Shown: piece by piece, positions 57,959-57,981 of the stretch
How the letters are laid out: each line of letters begins with the position of its first letter
Position numbering within the stretch: position 1 is the stretch's first letter
Assembly: GCA_031551455.1 (NCBI GenBank)
Contig: JAVBNP010000037.1
Span: 1 to 57,981, forward strand
Origin: Bacteroidales bacterium
GTDB lineage: Bacteria > Bacteroidota > Bacteroidia > Bacteroidales > UBA4181
DNA: 57,981 bases
Reading direction: 5' to 3'
The notes under the pieces: generated by a model
What the model saw: only the letters and a program-made list of their open reading frames with translations
Told to the model about the DNA's origin: nothing
Database searches by the model: none
Translations under genes and position numbers: made by a program

Positions 57959-57981
57959 CTGTGTTAGGAAGAGTGCCGTCG

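Noticed and set aside
57966-57981. The terminal 16 nt, ggaagagtgccgtcg, might be the 5' end of a tRNA (a GGAAGA… start is reminiscent of tRNA-Sec).
   Set aside because: Only about 15 nt are available and no arms can be checked. The resemblance is too weak to call.

Overview
This 57,981-bp window looks like a Bacteroidota chromosomal segment. Supporting hallmarks are lipoprotein-type signal peptides, TAnnTTTG -7 boxes, a BspA-type LRR protein and an exosortase-N-like system. I call about 50 protein-coding genes on both strands. Most are housekeeping or central metabolism: coaD, ilvA, eno, murI, aguA, serC-serA, dgt, era, guaA, an M3 peptidase and a C69 peptidase. Between them sit envelope and accessory genes:
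- a GT2 and STELLO-like glycosyltransferase pair facing a polytopic TPR membrane protein;
- several orphan lipoproteins;
- an Omp85-family gene broken by a single in-frame TAG;
- a split ferredoxin/CDGSH gene;
- a VIT-domain PEP-CTERM protein next to a dedicated exosortase fused to an EpsI-like domain;
- a GH78-like hydrolase;
- a tightly overlapped GDYXXLXY / polytopic membrane three-gene operon;
- a sensor / hybrid kinase / LuxR block;
- a radical-SAM DNA-repair-like gene pair.
I saw no rRNA, tRNA, CRISPR array, transposase, integrase or recognisable defence gene.
The strongest signal not explained by genes is repetitive DNA:
- a 99-bp element in four near-identical copies. Two direct copies bracket eno, and one supplies the C-terminal codons and stop of the GH78-like gene;
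- a family of about 30-bp AACCTATYGGG...CCCRATAGGTT hairpins, six clear copies, all intergenic;
- a 28-bp-stem inverted repeat;
- a roughly 200-bp compound palindrome.
Protein-family names are inferred from motifs read by eye and from memory of family signatures. No database search was possible, so all need HMM or BLAST confirmation.
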